Source: Nostoc sp. DedSLP01
GTDB taxonomy: Bacteria; Cyanobacteriota; Cyanobacteriia; Cyanobacteriales; Nostocaceae
Reading direction: 5' to 3'
Length of the DNA: 64,000 nt
Assembly (NCBI GenBank): GCA_034530875.2
Contig: JAVRCJ020000004.1
Coordinates: 224,001 to 288,000 of the forward strand
Part shown: one piece after another, positions 63,329 to 64,000 of the stretch
Position numbering within the stretch: position 1 is the first letter of the stretch
How the letters are laid out: each line of letters starts with the position of its first letter
Program-made: the position numbers and the translations under genes
The notes under the pieces: model-generated
What the model saw: only the letters and a program-made list of their open reading frames with translations
Told to the model about the DNA's origin: nothing
Database searches by the model: none

Positions 63329-64000
63329 TTAAACACCAACAGGAGTAGGTGCAACAAACTTAGTATATCGCTCGATGTAAAATTCATCGGGACTAGCGAT
63401 CGCTTTTACAGAATCACGCTCTTTGAGAGCTTGCTCCCATTGTCTCAGACGCCTAAATTCAGTTGGTAGAGCAAAGCTACGATAATGTTTAAGCGCACCC
63501 CAGCGTTCAAACCACGGGAAAAACGTAAAATCAACCAAACTGACGGATTTACCAAACCAGTAAGGGCCTTCTCCAGATAGTTTTCCTAAACCTTCATTTT
63601 CAATAAATTCCAAATGTTTGTATATTTCCTGCTTCGCTTGTTCTTGTTTTTGAACATCAGAACTTCGTAGCAGGTCATAAAAAGCAGAAACAAATCTGGT
63701 ATTAGCAAAATCTATCCAAATACGAGCTTGCGCCTTAGCAATAAGATTGCTGGGTAACAGAGGTGGATTAGGAAACACCTCATCTAGATATTCGTTAATA
63801 ATTGCTGACTCCCAAACTCGCTCATTATTATGAACGAGCGCCGGAACTTTGCCATAAGGCGAAATATTCCTAAAGCCTTCTGGTGGATTATCTAAATCAA
63901 TCTCAATTAAATCGAAATCAATGCCTTTCTCTTGAAGTACCAAGCGGGTACGGTGAGCATAAGGGCAAACAACTGCACTGTATAGTTTGATTTCAGCCAT
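63329..64000 (-). CDS. Glutathione S-transferase family protein (omega-like CPY active site)
   Basis: CPYAHR, PYGKVP.L, ESAIINEYLDE, SLVD. Confidence 0.92.
   Translation of the reverse strand: MAEIKLYSAVVCPYAHRTRLVLQEKGIDFDLIEIDLDNPPEGFRNISPYGKVPALVHNNERVWESAIINEYLDEVFPNPPLLPSNLIAKAQARIWIDFANTRFVSAFYDLLRSSDVQKQEQAKQEIYKHLEFIENEGLGKLSGEGPYWFGKSVSLVDFTFFPWFERWGALKHYRSFALPTEFRRLRQWEQALKERDSVKAIASPDEFYIERYTKFVAPTPVGV

Overview
Chromosomal window from a heterocystous-type (Nostocales-like) cyanobacterium, judged from frequent HIP1 GCGATCGC sites, STRR heptamer repeats and gene content. Left end: phycoerythrin/phycocyanin genes (cpeU-like lyase, pebAB, then cpcB-cpcA-two rod linkers-cpcD-cpcE-cpcF). 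The four main structural proteins have no internal Met and only the three chromophore Cys, i.e. a sulfur-sparing (cpc3-type) phycocyanin. Middle: putA, an RTX-like protein, a histidine kinase, psb30, recJ, a divergent CpcV-like lyase, and an unusual sbp-pstS-pstC-pstA-pstB cluster with altered anion-binding motifs behind a perfect palindrome. Then purC-bamA-lpxC-fabZ-lpxA-lpxB followed by a solitary C5 methyltransferase, cyaB1, sqdB-(DUF4291-like)-sqdX and the ycf46/ycf35 operon. Right end: an AT-rich accessory region with a split DevBCA-type exporter whose ATPase carries cNMP-binding domains, a stop-interrupted membrane ORF, a higher-order tandem repeat, a GUN4-domain protein and a GST. Several MITEs and small dispersed repeats are present. 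No rRNA, tRNA, CRISPR array or transposase was seen. The best candidates for new biology are the sbp-pstSCAB hybrid transporter and the sulfur-sparing phycocyanin operon coupled to cpcEF. All family calls come from motif recognition, not database searches.
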